Of a stretch of 64,000 nucleotides of DNA, positions 39,245 to 49,427 are shown piece by piece (positions within the stretch are counted from its first letter, which is position 1; the number at the start of each line of letters is the position of its first letter). The stretch lies in assembly GCA_963667015.2 (NCBI GenBank), contig CAXXJJ010000004.1, positions 2,944,001 through 3,008,000 of the forward strand. The letters are read 5' to 3'. A program made the position numbers and the translations under genes. The stretch comes from Desulfatiglandales bacterium (GTDB taxonomy: Bacteria > Desulfobacterota > DSM-4660 > Desulfatiglandales > HGW-15). Under the pieces are notes generated by a model. That model did no database searches. It was not told the DNA's origin and was given only the letters and a program-made list of their open reading frames with translations.

Positions 39245-40710
39245 TACTTTTTCACCCCTCCTGTAAGCGTAATAATAAATGTTGTTCCGCGGCCTTCCAC
39301 TGATTCAAATGAAATGCTTCCCCCGTGGTTTGTTACTATACGCTCTGCAATACTGAGTCCAAGCCCTGTCCCCTCCTCCTTTGTGGTATAAAAAGGCTGG
39401 GACACCTTTTCCTGTATCTTGTCCGGGATACCGGGGCCATTGTCTTTTATCTTTATAATGACCGCTTCACCGGCATTTTTGACTGCGCCCTGCTCCTCAA
39501 ATATATCGATCTTTCCTCCATCGGTCATGGCCTCACATGCATTTACCATAAGATTGACGAGCACCTCCTTGATCTGCTCAGGGTCTATCTCAATCTCCGG
39601 CAGCATTTTTTCTCTGTGCAGAGTGACCTCGACATTTCCGGATTCAAGCCTGTGCCTTAAAAGCTGTATCACCAGATCCACAATCTCAGAAGGGCTTGTC
39701 ATCTGCATTCTCAATTTAGGAGGCCGGGAAAATTCCAGGAAATTCTGCACAATGGTATCTATATGACCGATCTCTTCCGATATGACGTTGAAATCCTCTC
39801 TCTGGGATTCAGGCATATCAAGTGCCCTGCCCATTGAGAAAAGCCTCATTTTAACCGAGGTAAGAGGGTTCCTTATGCTGTGGGCCACTCCTGCGGCCAG
39901 TTTTCCGACCATTGCCAGTTTTTCTGCCTGCAGAAGTGTCTCCCTGCTTTTTTCAAGCTCCAGGCTGGTATGATCAATATCCTCGATGAGACCCCTTACA
40001 CCCATGCTGAGTGCCTTGACCTCATCACCCGGTTCCGTGGAATTTTGTTCCCTGGAGGTTTCCCGTACCAGAATTCTTATGGGTTCAAGGACCTGTCTGA
40101 TCAGCACCAGGGCAAGCACAATACCAAGACAGATGACAAAAAATATCGCGGTACCGGCAATAATCCTCAGCCTCCGCGCCTGTGCAAGGCTTTCATTTTT
40201 TATGGCAGACAGTCTTTCAACATAAAGCTCTTTGAATTTTTCACTCAATTCAAGACTTTTAAAAAAATGAAGTCGAGAATCACTGTGCAGTGCCTCTCCC
40301 GCCTCCCGGTTTCCTTCACGGTAAAAGGCAATAACCCTGTCCTTTAGTTCAATATATTTCTGATACTCATTTTCGAGATCATCCAGTGCCTCTCTCTCCT
40401 GTGCGGTCGCAACAAGATTATTGGCCTCTTTTATTCTTTCTCTGAATATCTGCCTGTATTCACCAAGCTGTCTGAGCCAGTCGGGATCGGAATCAAGTAA
40501 AAAGTATGTTACAAATCCCTTCTGATTCACAAGAGCGGTTTCAAGCTCTTCGACTATTCTGAAGGCCTCGATATTTTTGTCTACAATGTTCTCAAACATA
40601 CCCTCTATACGATAGGTATACCAGACAGTTACTATTCCTCCGGCACATGTTATAACAACCAGTGCGGCGATAATAATATATATTCTATAGCGAAGGCCCA
40701 GCTGTTTCAT
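39244..40710 (-). CDS. Sensor histidine kinase with four-helix-bundle periplasmic domain
   Basis: Two TMs, helical sensor domain, AHSIRNPL, DNGPG, GTGLGL. Confidence 0.92.
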   Translation of the reverse strand: MKQLGLRYRIYIIIAALVVITCAGGIVTVWYTYRIEGMFENIVDKNIEAFRIVEELETALVNQKGFVTYFLLDSDPDWLRQLGEYRQIFRERIKEANNLVATAQEREALDDLENEYQKYIELKDRVIAFYREGNREAGEALHSDSRLHFFKSLELSEKFKELYVERLSAIKNESLAQARRLRIIAGTAIFFVICLGIVLALVLIRQVLEPIRILVRETSREQNSTEPGDEVKALSMGVRGLIEDIDHTSLELEKSRETLLQAEKLAMVGKLAAGVAHSIRNPLTSVKMRLFSMGRALDMPESQREDFNVISEEIGHIDTIVQNFLEFSRPPKLRMQMTSPSEIVDLVIQLLRHRLESGNVEVTLHREKMLPEIEIDPEQIKEVLVNLMVNACEAMTDGGKIDIFEEQGAVKNAGEAVIIKIKDNGPGIPDKIQEKVSQPFYTTKEEGTGLGLSIAERIVTNHGGSISFESVEGRGTTFIITLTGGVKK

Positions 40711-40723
40711 ATTATATAAATTA

Positions 40724-41281
40724 TCAGGATATCGATTTCATAAACTGAAAGACAGCCTTAAATACATCGGTCAGCCTTAAAACACCTGCAATATCTTCCC
40801 CGCGTGTTACAAGCAATGATTGATGGTGTCCCATAACAAACTGATGTATCGCTTCTCTCAGCGAGGCATTTTCACTCACATACTCGCCTTCGGAAGGTGT
40901 GTACATGACCTCTTTAACATTAATATCCCTTGTCTTTCTGCATACAGTCTCAAAAGACTCCGAAAGCAGTGAATAGGTTTCCAGCATGTTTTTAAGAAAC
41001 TGAGGGCTGAATGCGACCCTTGACATTGATCTGCTGTGACCCATTTCACCGTATTTGGGTTCAAGGGCGGTAAGGACATCAAGCTGGCTTATTTTTCCAA
41101 TTACCTTTTTATTATCATCATAAACAAGCACTGCCCTGTGCAGATAAGCGGTATTGGACCTCTCCAGCTCCTCCTGCGCCTTTTCAAGGGCGAGTACTGC
41201 ATCGTAAAGAGTCGCCCCGTGAGAAACAGTTGCATATTCTTCGAGCGGAACCATAAGATCCTTCACTTTATATGTATCCAT
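40724..41281 (-). CDS. CBS-domain protein
   Basis: VKDLMVPLEEY...HRAVLV..GKISQLDVL...GVLRLTDVF; paralogous to the CBS half of 17777..18682. Confidence 0.85.
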   Translation of the reverse strand: MDTYKVKDLMVPLEEYATVSHGATLYDAVLALEKAQEELERSNTAYLHRAVLVYDDNKKVIGKISQLDVLTALEPKYGEMGHSRSMSRVAFSPQFLKNMLETYSLLSESFETVCRKTRDINVKEVMYTPSEGEYVSENASLREAIHQFVMGHHQSLLVTRGEDIAGVLRLTDVFKAVFQFMKSIS

Positions 41282-41352
41282 TTATGCCTCCATTCATTTA
41301 ACAAAATAATATTATTTGTTTTTTTATTGTAATTTTAAATAGATAGGCTGAA

Positions 41353-41381
41353 ATGCTACTTGTTTTCATCCTATATATCAA
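41353..41381 (-). promoter_or_regulatory. Possible sigma70 promoter for the CBS-kinase-NtrC operon
   Basis: TTGATA-N17-TAGCAT. Confidence 0.5.
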
Positions 41382-41606
41382 GCGAAATTGTCAGAAAATT
41401 TCCATTTTTTCAAGAGCATTCCTGCAAAGTCATGGTAAAAAAAAGAATTAATATAGCCTTTTCGGGTTTCCGTGCTCCAATAATCCGTTCAACCTAAAAA
41501 GGGGCAATACCCTGAAAGATTATCAGGGATTGACATATCCTCCTGTAATATATTATTAATTCCCAATTGAAAAGATTATAATTAAAACCTTAAACAAGAG
41601 CTGAAA

Positions 41607-41867
41607 ATGATTATTAAATGTCCGGAATGCGAACATGAGATAGAAGGAGTTGACTGCCCTTCATGCGGTGAATCAACCCCAAAAGAGAGTGTTTACTGTA
41701 TCAACTGCGGAAAAGGCCTTCAGGAAGACCCAGAGAGTTTAATAGAAGAAGATGGCGAAGATTTTGATCTGGACGACAGGGTTCTCTGCTCTGACGGAGC
41801 CTGCACTGGGATCATAATAGAGGGTAAATGCAGCGAATGCGGCAAACCGCCTGGAGCTGAGGCATAA
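41607..41867 (+). CDS. Zinc-ribbon protein
   Basis: Multiple CxxC pairs (CPEC, CPSC, CINC, CSEC) and LCSDGACTGII. Confidence 0.8.
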   Translation: MIIKCPECEHEIEGVDCPSCGESTPKESVYCINCGKGLQEDPESLIEEDGEDFDLDDRVLCSDGACTGIIIEGKCSECGKPPGAEA

Positions 41868-42021
41868 ATCAGATAAAAATCATTAAACCCTGCGCCTTGA
41901 GCCTCTTGTCTCGCCGCTGCTTTGGCGTAGGCGGATGCGCCCTGCACCTGTCCGGTAAATGAATATTTTGTTTGAGGCCTGGTTAATATTTAATAAAAAA
42001 ACAGTACACTAAAGGAGTACC

Positions 42022-42393
42022 ATGTACGAGCTGAAAACAATAACTCAATTCGGTGCAGCCCACCAGTTGAGAAACTATAAAGGAAAGTGTGAACATCTTC
42101 ACGGTCACAACTGGAAAATCGAGGTTTATGTGAAGGGAGAAGAACTTGACGATGGAGGAATGCTCGTTGATTTCAAGATTATAAAGGAAAAGACTGATGA
42201 AATCATTGAGAGACTTGATCATAAATTTTTAAATGACATTGAATATTTTACCGAAATAAATCCTTCTTCTGAAAACATAGCCAAATATATTTTCGATGAG
42301 TTGTCAAAGGACATAAACGACAGCAGAGTCAAGATAAGCAGGGTCACGGCCTGGGAATCCGATAATGCATGCGCGACATATTCGGTTGGGTAA
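42022..42393 (+). CDS. queD: 6-carboxy-5,6,7,8-tetrahydropterin synthase
   Basis: AAHQL...KCEHLHGHNW, LDHKFLN, NPSSENIA, WES. Confidence 0.95.
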   Translation: MYELKTITQFGAAHQLRNYKGKCEHLHGHNWKIEVYVKGEELDDGGMLVDFKIIKEKTDEIIERLDHKFLNDIEYFTEINPSSENIAKYIFDELSKDINDSRVKISRVTAWESDNACATYSVG

Positions 42394-42399
42394 TCATTC

Positions 42400-43143
42400 A
42401 TGTCCATTATCGCCTTCATTCCATCAAGATACGGCTCCACAAGGTTCCCGGGAAAACCGCTGGCAATAATCGCCGGGAAGCCGATGATTCAGCGTACATA
42501 TGGATGCGCTGCAGGCTGTCCTGATATTTCAGAGGTTTATGTTGTAACCGATGATGAACGAATACTCAAATGCGTTGAAGGCTTTGGCGGTAAAGCTATC
42601 ATGACAGGGAAGAATCATTCTTCAGGCTCTGACAGGATAGCCGAAGCGGTTGAAATACTGGGGCTTAAGGATGAGGATATCATTGTAAATATTCAGGGGG
42701 ATCAGCCTTTTTTCGAACCTTCTCTTATTTCCGATATGGTAAAACCGCTTATTGATGACAATACCATACCAATGAGCACACTTAAATATAAAATAAGCGA
42801 TCCGCAGGAAATTGATGACAGCGTTATTGTAAAGGTTGTCACTGACAATAACGATTTCGCTCTCTATTTCTCACGATGCTCTATACCTTTTTATCGTGAA
42901 AAACCCTCGGATCAGAAATATTACAAACATCTTGGATTCTATGCCTATAGAAAAAAATTTATTGTTGCATTCAATAAATTATCAGCCGGCGAGCTGGAGA
43001 ATGCAGAGAAACTCGAACAGCTCAGGGCCATGGAATACGGCTACAGGATTAAAGTTATAGAAGCGGATTCCGATTCCATCGAAGTTGACACTCTAGAATA
43101 TCTAAGGAAGGTTGAGGAACTAATTCGGAACTCAGAAAAATAA
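42400..43143 (+). CDS. kdsB: 3-deoxy-manno-octulosonate cytidylyltransferase
   Basis: IPSRYGSTRFPGKPL, SGSDRIAE, NIQGDQP, EKLEQLRA. Confidence 0.95.
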   Translation: MSIIAFIPSRYGSTRFPGKPLAIIAGKPMIQRTYGCAAGCPDISEVYVVTDDERILKCVEGFGGKAIMTGKNHSSGSDRIAEAVEILGLKDEDIIVNIQGDQPFFEPSLISDMVKPLIDDNTIPMSTLKYKISDPQEIDDSVIVKVVTDNNDFALYFSRCSIPFYREKPSDQKYYKHLGFYAYRKKFIVAFNKLSAGELENAEKLEQLRAMEYGYRIKVIEADSDSIEVDTLEYLRKVEELIRNSEK

Positions 43144-43144
43144 T

Positions 43145-44896
43145 ATGACTGATAAAATCTGGAGAATCCTGACATCCTCAAAAAACGCCGAAATCCTATC
43201 CCGAGAAACAGGTATTTCAAAAATAAAAGCACGGTTATTGATAAACCGCGGAATAGAAACTCCCCGGGACATTAATTCATTCCTCTATACGAAATTATCA
43301 GGCCTGATCGATCCCATGCTTCTAAAGGACATGGAAGAGGGTGCCGGCTTGATAATATCTACCTTTGAAAAACAGGAGACAATAGCAGTATTCGGCGATT
43401 ATGATGCTGACGGTCTTACTTCCACAGCCCTGCTTGTGAACTTTTTTTCGGAACTGGGAATACCTGTGCTCTACTACATCCCCGACCGGATAACAGAAGG
43501 ATACAGCCTTACTGTAGAAGCTATTAACAGACTTGCCGAGCAGAAGGTTAAACTTATTATCACTGTTGACTGTGGAATATCAAACAGAAATGAGATAGAA
43601 TATGCCCAGTCACTCGGGATAGATGTTGTTGTAACCGATCATCATCAGATACCTGAAAACTTCTCTCCTGTTTGTCCCGTGATTAACCCTAACAGGCCAG
43701 ATTCGGAGTTTCCCTTCAGGGAACTGGCAGGAGTGGGTGTCGCCTTTTTTCTTGCCGCCGGCATAAGGTCATGCATAAGGAAGAAAGGATGGTTCAAACT
43801 GGCGGCGGAACCTGACCTGAGACAATACCTGGATATTGTGGCGCTTGGAACGATCGCTGACATGGTCCCTCTGACAGGACAAAACCGGATAATAGTTTCG
43901 GCCGGAATGGAGATCATGAGGACATCAAGATGGCTGGGTATCGAGGCAATGAAAAAAATATGCGGCCTGGATAACCAGGCAATTACATCAGGGGATGTTG
44001 CATTCAAACTCGCACCCAGGCTCAACGCTGCCGGACGCATAGGAGATAAGACAAGCGGTATTAAAGTGCTTGTAACCGAAAACTACTCGGAAGCTATTAA
44101 TACGGCAAAAGAACTTAACAGCATGAACAGCGAGCGGCAGAGGATTGAGGGTGAGATAATCGAAGACATAGAAACAAACCTGATCCCGCAGCTCGACCTT
44201 GAAAACAAAAAAACACTGCTCCTTGCCAGGAAGGACTGGCACAAGGGTGTGCTGGGCATAGTTGCATCAAAGCTGCTTGAACGTTACCACAGGCCGACAG
44301 TTGTGCTGACAATAAGAGACGGCATTGCCACCGGATCAGGAAGAAGCATAGACGGTTTCAACCTCCATGAATCCATGACACAGCTTAAACATCTATTTAA
44401 AAAATTTGGCGGCCACTACCATGCTGCAGGCTGCACACTTGAAAAGGAGAATATTGAATTACTTTCGCAGGGACTGGAAGATATTGCCCGGACTGTACTA
44501 AAGGATGAAGATCTTATCCCGTCCATTACAGTAGATGACTGCCTGCGCCTGTCCGATCTTTCGATAGATTCGATTAACGATATTCGCTCTCTTGAACCCT
44601 TTGGATCCGGAAATCCTGAGCCTGTTTTTTATTCCGGGAATCTGGAGGTTATGGATTCGTGGATCGTGGGAGAAAATCATCTGAAGCTCAGGTTAAGACA
44701 GGGCGAAGCAGTGCACGAGGCAATAGGATTTAATCTTGCAAACATACAGCCGGCTCAAAACAGTTTAATAAATATGGTATACTCACCTGAAATCAACAAG
44801 TGGAATGGAAATGAAAAGGTCCAGATGAGGATCCTGGATCTGGAACCCACAGGGGATTTAAGCCGGCTGAGAACTGAAAATCATAAAATGCACTGA
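43145..44896 (+). CDS. recJ: ssDNA-specific exonuclease RecJ
   Basis: GDYDADG, TVDCG, TDHH, PRLNAAGR, GSGRS, FGGH, LEPFGSGNP. Confidence 0.96.
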   Translation: MTDKIWRILTSSKNAEILSRETGISKIKARLLINRGIETPRDINSFLYTKLSGLIDPMLLKDMEEGAGLIISTFEKQETIAVFGDYDADGLTSTALLVNFFSELGIPVLYYIPDRITEGYSLTVEAINRLAEQKVKLIITVDCGISNRNEIEYAQSLGIDVVVTDHHQIPENFSPVCPVINPNRPDSEFPFRELAGVGVAFFLAAGIRSCIRKKGWFKLAAEPDLRQYLDIVALGTIADMVPLTGQNRIIVSAGMEIMRTSRWLGIEAMKKICGLDNQAITSGDVAFKLAPRLNAAGRIGDKTSGIKVLVTENYSEAINTAKELNSMNSERQRIEGEIIEDIETNLIPQLDLENKKTLLLARKDWHKGVLGIVASKLLERYHRPTVVLTIRDGIATGSGRSIDGFNLHESMTQLKHLFKKFGGHYHAAGCTLEKENIELLSQGLEDIARTVLKDEDLIPSITVDDCLRLSDLSIDSINDIRSLEPFGSGNPEPVFYSGNLEVMDSWIVGENHLKLRLRQGEAVHEAIGFNLANIQPAQNSLINMVYSPEINKWNGNEKVQMRILDLEPTGDLSRLRTENHKMH

Positions 44897-44924
44897 TTAC
44901 AAAAATTTATATATGGAGTAAACA

Positions 44925-46448
44925 ATGGGTAAAAAACAAAAAACAGCAATAACACCTACCAGGGAGGAAAACTATCCCGAATGGTATCAGCAGGTCATCA
45001 AGGCAGCAGACATGGCACAGAGCTCGCCTGTTCGAGGCTGCATGGTCATAAAGCCCTGGGGCTGGGCAATATGGGAAAACGTACAAAAACATCTCGACAG
45101 GATGTTCAAGGAAACAGGGCATGTAAATGCGTACTTTCCGCTTTTTATCCCCCTGAGCTACCTTCAAAGAGAAGCAGACCATGTTGAAGGATTCGCAAAG
45201 GAATGTGCTGTTGTAACCCACCACCGGCTTGAGGCCGGACCTGACGGAAAGCTTGTGCCGGCCGGTCAGCTTGAGGAGCCGTTGATAATAAGACCTACCT
45301 CCGAGACCATAATAGGTGAAATGTATGCCAACTGGATACAGTCATACCGCGATCTTCCGGTGCTTATAAACCAGTGGGCAAATGTTGTTAGATGGGAAAT
45401 GAGGCCGAGGATTTTTTTACGCACGGCCGAGTTTCTCTGGCAGGAAGGCCACACTGCACACGCTACATCCGAAGAGGCACAGGAAGAGACCATGCAAATG
45501 CTGAACGTATATGCTGATTTTGCGGAGAATTACATGGCCACCCCTGTAGTAAGGGGGGAAAAGAGCGAGGCGGAGAGATTCCCTGGTGCAGTTGCAACAT
45601 ACAGTATCGAGGCCATGATGCAGGACAGGAAGGCCCTTCAGGCTGGCACCTCACATTTTCTGGGACAGAATTTTGCAAAGGCATCACAGATAAAGTTCCT
45701 GTCTGACCAGGGAAAAGAAGAGTATGCCTGGACCACATCATGGGGTGCTTCAACAAGACTCATCGGCGGACTTATCATGACCCACAGCGATGATAATGGT
45801 CTTGCAATTCCTCCCAGGCTTGCTCCTGCGCATGTGGTAATTATGCCGGTTCTTCACAAGGAGGAAACAAAGCAGCAGGTAATGGAATACTGCGAAGCTT
45901 TGACCGCAGCACTCAGGGAAAAAACTTACGATGGTGAACCTGTCAGGGTAGAACTGGATACACGGGATCTGCATGGTGGAGAAAAGGCATGGTCCTGGGT
46001 TAAAAAGGGAGTACCGATCTCTGTTGAGGTAGGCCCCAAGGAAGTTGAAAACAACAGCGTATTCGTGGGAAGAAGAGACAAGGACAGGAGAGAAAGGGAG
46101 GGTATCAGCAAAGAGGAATTTATAAACACGGTAAGCGAAACACTTGCTGACATCCAGCAAAGCATGTATCAAAAAGCCCTCACCTATAGAGATGAAAACA
46201 CTGTCAAGATTGACAGTAAAGATGATTTCATCTCCTTCTTCACTCCTCAAAAACAGGATCAGCCAGAGATTCACGGCGGATTTGCACAGGTCCACTGGTG
46301 CGGTGAAAGAGAACTTGAGGAACAGATTTCCAAAGAATACGGCGTTTCAATAAGAAACATCCCCTTTGATCTTGCAGGTGAAGAAGGCGAATGTATCTTT
46401 ACGGGTAAGAAGAGTAAACAGAGGGTTCTGTTTGCGAAAGCGTATTAA
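44925..46448 (+). CDS. proS: Proline--tRNA ligase (archaeal/eukaryote-like type)
   Basis: RPTSETII, QWANVVRWE, EFLWQEGHT, QAGTSHFLGQNF; C-terminal AKAY. Confidence 0.96.
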   Translation: MGKKQKTAITPTREENYPEWYQQVIKAADMAQSSPVRGCMVIKPWGWAIWENVQKHLDRMFKETGHVNAYFPLFIPLSYLQREADHVEGFAKECAVVTHHRLEAGPDGKLVPAGQLEEPLIIRPTSETIIGEMYANWIQSYRDLPVLINQWANVVRWEMRPRIFLRTAEFLWQEGHTAHATSEEAQEETMQMLNVYADFAENYMATPVVRGEKSEAERFPGAVATYSIEAMMQDRKALQAGTSHFLGQNFAKASQIKFLSDQGKEEYAWTTSWGASTRLIGGLIMTHSDDNGLAIPPRLAPAHVVIMPVLHKEETKQQVMEYCEALTAALREKTYDGEPVRVELDTRDLHGGEKAWSWVKKGVPISVEVGPKEVENNSVFVGRRDKDRREREGISKEEFINTVSETLADIQQSMYQKALTYRDENTVKIDSKDDFISFFTPQKQDQPEIHGGFAQVHWCGERELEEQISKEYGVSIRNIPFDLAGEEGECIFTGKKSKQRVLFAKAY

Positions 46449-46482
46449 AACAGCTCTCAGCGATCCATCCATAAAGACTTAT

Positions 46483-47577
46483 CTATGGATGGAACGCTTT
46501 TTCTATAATCCCCCCGCCCAGCACCACATCTCCATCATAGAAGACTGCCGACTGGCCCGGTGTTACTGCAAGCTGGGGTTCATCAAAAATAACCTTCATC
46601 CTTCCATCATCAAGGTCAGAGAGTTCTGCCGGTGCGGCCTTATGCTGTACCCTTATTTTTACATTCACCCTGACGGGTTTATCGAGTTTATCAGTTGATA
46701 TCAGGTTAATATCCCCGGCAATCAGCCCCCCTGCCATTATCTCCGACTGGGAACTCACAATGATGCGGTTGTTTTCAGCATCAATCTCCGATACATAAAG
46801 CGGGTTCGGGGCGGCTATTCCAAGTCCCTTACGCTGCCCGACAGTGTAGTAGATAATGCCCCTGTGCTTTCCAAGAACCTTGCCCTCTTTATTTACGATG
46901 TCGCCTTCTTTTATCTCGTCTTTTTTAAAGAAAGGGGTGTAGTCTCCGCCTGAAATAAAATCCTGGCTCTCCGGTTTATCCGATGTATGAAGCCCCATTG
47001 ACCTGGCTAAATCTCTTACCTCTGTTTTGTTGTAGCCCCCAAGGGGAAAAATTATCCGGGAAAGCTGATCCTGTGAAAGCGAATACAAAAAATAGGTCTG
47101 GTCCTTTGATAAATCAACCGGTCTTTTAAGCAGATATCTGCTGCCTTCTTCAACTATTCGTGCATAATGACCTGTAGCAAACATATCGAAATCAACACCT
47201 GTTTCTTTAGCCTTTTCAAGCATAAAACCAAACTTGAGGATACGATTGCACACTATACATGGATTGGGGGTCCGGCCCTCCAGGTACTCGCGCCTGAAGT
47301 ATTCGATTACATGTTCTGTGAACTCTTTCCTGAGATCAACAGTATAAAAAGGTATATTCAATGATTCGCATATGGTTCTCGCCGATACCAGGTCATTTTT
47401 TTTGTTGGGACCGTAGCACGCACTTTTCCCGGCAACATCAATTTTAATGTTCTTATCGTAAATCTGCATTGTAAGGCCGGATACTTCATAACCTTCTTTT
47501 TTTAAAAGGGCTGCAGTTACAGAGGAATCGACTCCCCCGCTGAGCCCTATTGCCACTTTCTTCTTTTTACTGCTCAT
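46483..47577 (-). CDS. mnmA: tRNA-specific 2-thiouridylase MnmA
   Basis: SGGVDSSV, TPNPCIVCN, ATGHYA, KDQTYFL, YTVGQRKG, TPGQSAVFY. Confidence 0.95.
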   Translation of the reverse strand: MSSKKKKVAIGLSGGVDSSVTAALLKKEGYEVSGLTMQIYDKNIKIDVAGKSACYGPNKKNDLVSARTICESLNIPFYTVDLRKEFTEHVIEYFRREYLEGRTPNPCIVCNRILKFGFMLEKAKETGVDFDMFATGHYARIVEEGSRYLLKRPVDLSKDQTYFLYSLSQDQLSRIIFPLGGYNKTEVRDLARSMGLHTSDKPESQDFISGGDYTPFFKKDEIKEGDIVNKEGKVLGKHRGIIYYTVGQRKGLGIAAPNPLYVSEIDAENNRIIVSSQSEIMAGGLIAGDINLISTDKLDKPVRVNVKIRVQHKAAPAELSDLDDGRMKVIFDEPQLAVTPGQSAVFYDGDVVLGGGIIEKAFHP

Positions 47578-49252
47578 CTGTTTGTGCCTTTTTCCCCCTG
47601 TTTATCATACTGAAGACTTTTGCATGGATCTTCTCCATTTTGTCCGGCCTTATCCTTGACTGCCTTTTTCCATAAGACTTCATAAGAGCCATATAGTATT
47701 CGAGGTATGCCCGCCAGTCCTGAGCATTGCTGCCGGAGGTTTCCGATTTCATTATAAAACTCACTGCACTAAGTAATAGAAATGCATCAACACTCTGACT
47801 CGTTACGCGCCTGAGGAAAAACTCCCGCTCTGTGATTTTTTTTCCATAGACAAAAAGTCCTGCCACAAGCATAAACCTGACTTTCCTGATCCTTTTAAGG
47901 GCCATTTTCATTGCCTGTTTAAACAAGGGATCATTCGGTTTATCTTTGATTGATGGCCCTTTGACTAACTGGAAGGCCGACTTGAATAACCTTATCAGGC
48001 TGCTTCCGGGATATTTTTTTCCCTTTGTCATACTCCTCAAAAGAAAGAGAGGAGGATATATGGTATGAATTTCCGAGGTTCCTTCAAATACCGTTGTAAC
48101 CCGAAAATCTCTAAGGCGCTTTTCATATGGAAGCGTCTTGAGATACCCTGACCCGCCATGTACCTGGAGTGCTTCATAGAGCACATTCCATGCGTTTGTT
48201 GTACTGAAGAGTTTGGCATGGGATGTCTCGAGTGCAGCACGGATCATGGAGTCATCCTCGATCATGCCGCTTGTAAATGCTGTAACCGCCTTTGATAAAA
48301 AGGCGTATACACGCGCCTTTACTATCTTTTCCTGGATCAGTTCAAAGGATGAAATAGGCACATTGAATTGAATTCGCTTATTTGCCCTTTCAATCATCTC
48401 ATCTGCAGACTGGTTCATCAAACCTGTTGAGGCCGCAGCAAGACCCAGCCTTCCATAGTTTAGTATGGTCATGGCTATCTTAAAACCGTCTCCGGGCTTT
48501 CCGAGCATGTTTTCCACCGGGACCTTTACATTGCTGAATTTAACCATTGTTGTTGAACTCAGGGTGAGTCCCATCTTGTGCATGTCCTTTCCAATGGCAA
48601 CACCTTCCCAGCCTGTCTCGACTATAAATGCCCCCATAAAGCCGGGTTTATCTTTGTCGAGCTGTGCAAATACCGTCATACCGCCTGCATAGCCGCCGTT
48701 TGTTATATAGGTCTTTGTACCGTTTAAGATATAGTATTTTCCATCCGGAGACTTTTCTGCAAAGGTATCTATATGCTGGGCATCTGATCCTGTATTGGGT
48801 TCTGTCAGGACATATGCAAATATCATATCTCCTGAGGCGGCCGGCGTCAGATACTTCCTTTTCTGCTCTTCTGTACCGAACAGTACTATCCCCTTAAGAC
48901 CAATGGAATGATGGGCCAGGGGTATAATAGCCAGTCCCATGTCATATGCAGTAATCCCTTCAATGATCCACAGATAATCCCACAGGCTCAGGCCCGAGCC
49001 TCCATATGTCTCAGGTATGGTCAGTGCAAACATGCCGGATGATTTAAGGTTGTCCCACAGTTCCTGAGGTAGTTCGCCCATTTTCTCCAGTTCAACCGGA
49101 TTGTATTTCTTTAAAACCGACAAATAGCTCTCAAGTATGCCCTTGGCCTTTTCAGATACCAGGGGGGCATGACATGATGCAAACAGCTTCTCATCAAATA
49201 TACCGCCATACAATTTTTCTAGAAATCCGGGTGTTTCCATGGCATACTCCAA
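47567..49252 (-). CDS. Acyl-CoA dehydrogenase (long, VLCAD/ACAD9-like)
   Basis: LTEPNTGSDA, NGTKTYITNG, ILNYGRLG, QVHGGSGY, FEGTSEI. Confidence 0.9.
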   Translation of the reverse strand: MEYAMETPGFLEKLYGGIFDEKLFASCHAPLVSEKAKGILESYLSVLKKYNPVELEKMGELPQELWDNLKSSGMFALTIPETYGGSGLSLWDYLWIIEGITAYDMGLAIIPLAHHSIGLKGIVLFGTEEQKRKYLTPAASGDMIFAYVLTEPNTGSDAQHIDTFAEKSPDGKYYILNGTKTYITNGGYAGGMTVFAQLDKDKPGFMGAFIVETGWEGVAIGKDMHKMGLTLSSTTMVKFSNVKVPVENMLGKPGDGFKIAMTILNYGRLGLAAASTGLMNQSADEMIERANKRIQFNVPISSFELIQEKIVKARVYAFLSKAVTAFTSGMIEDDSMIRAALETSHAKLFSTTNAWNVLYEALQVHGGSGYLKTLPYEKRLRDFRVTTVFEGTSEIHTIYPPLFLLRSMTKGKKYPGSSLIRLFKSAFQLVKGPSIKDKPNDPLFKQAMKMALKRIRKVRFMLVAGLFVYGKKITEREFFLRRVTSQSVDAFLLLSAVSFIMKSETSGSNAQDWRAYLEYYMALMKSYGKRQSRIRPDKMEKIHAKVFSMINRGKKAQTDEQ

Positions 49253-49427
49253 TCATAAGTTTTTTAGCTGAAGGCTGGTCGCTGAATGCTGACAGCTTAA
49301 ATTCAAAAACAATGGTTTTTGAATTTATATTAATTTAATACCTCACGCTCTATAAGTCAAAACAAAGGATTTATATCTGAACCCCTGTTTGGCATCCTGT
49401 AGATCATTTAATAAGGAGGCTCTCTGT

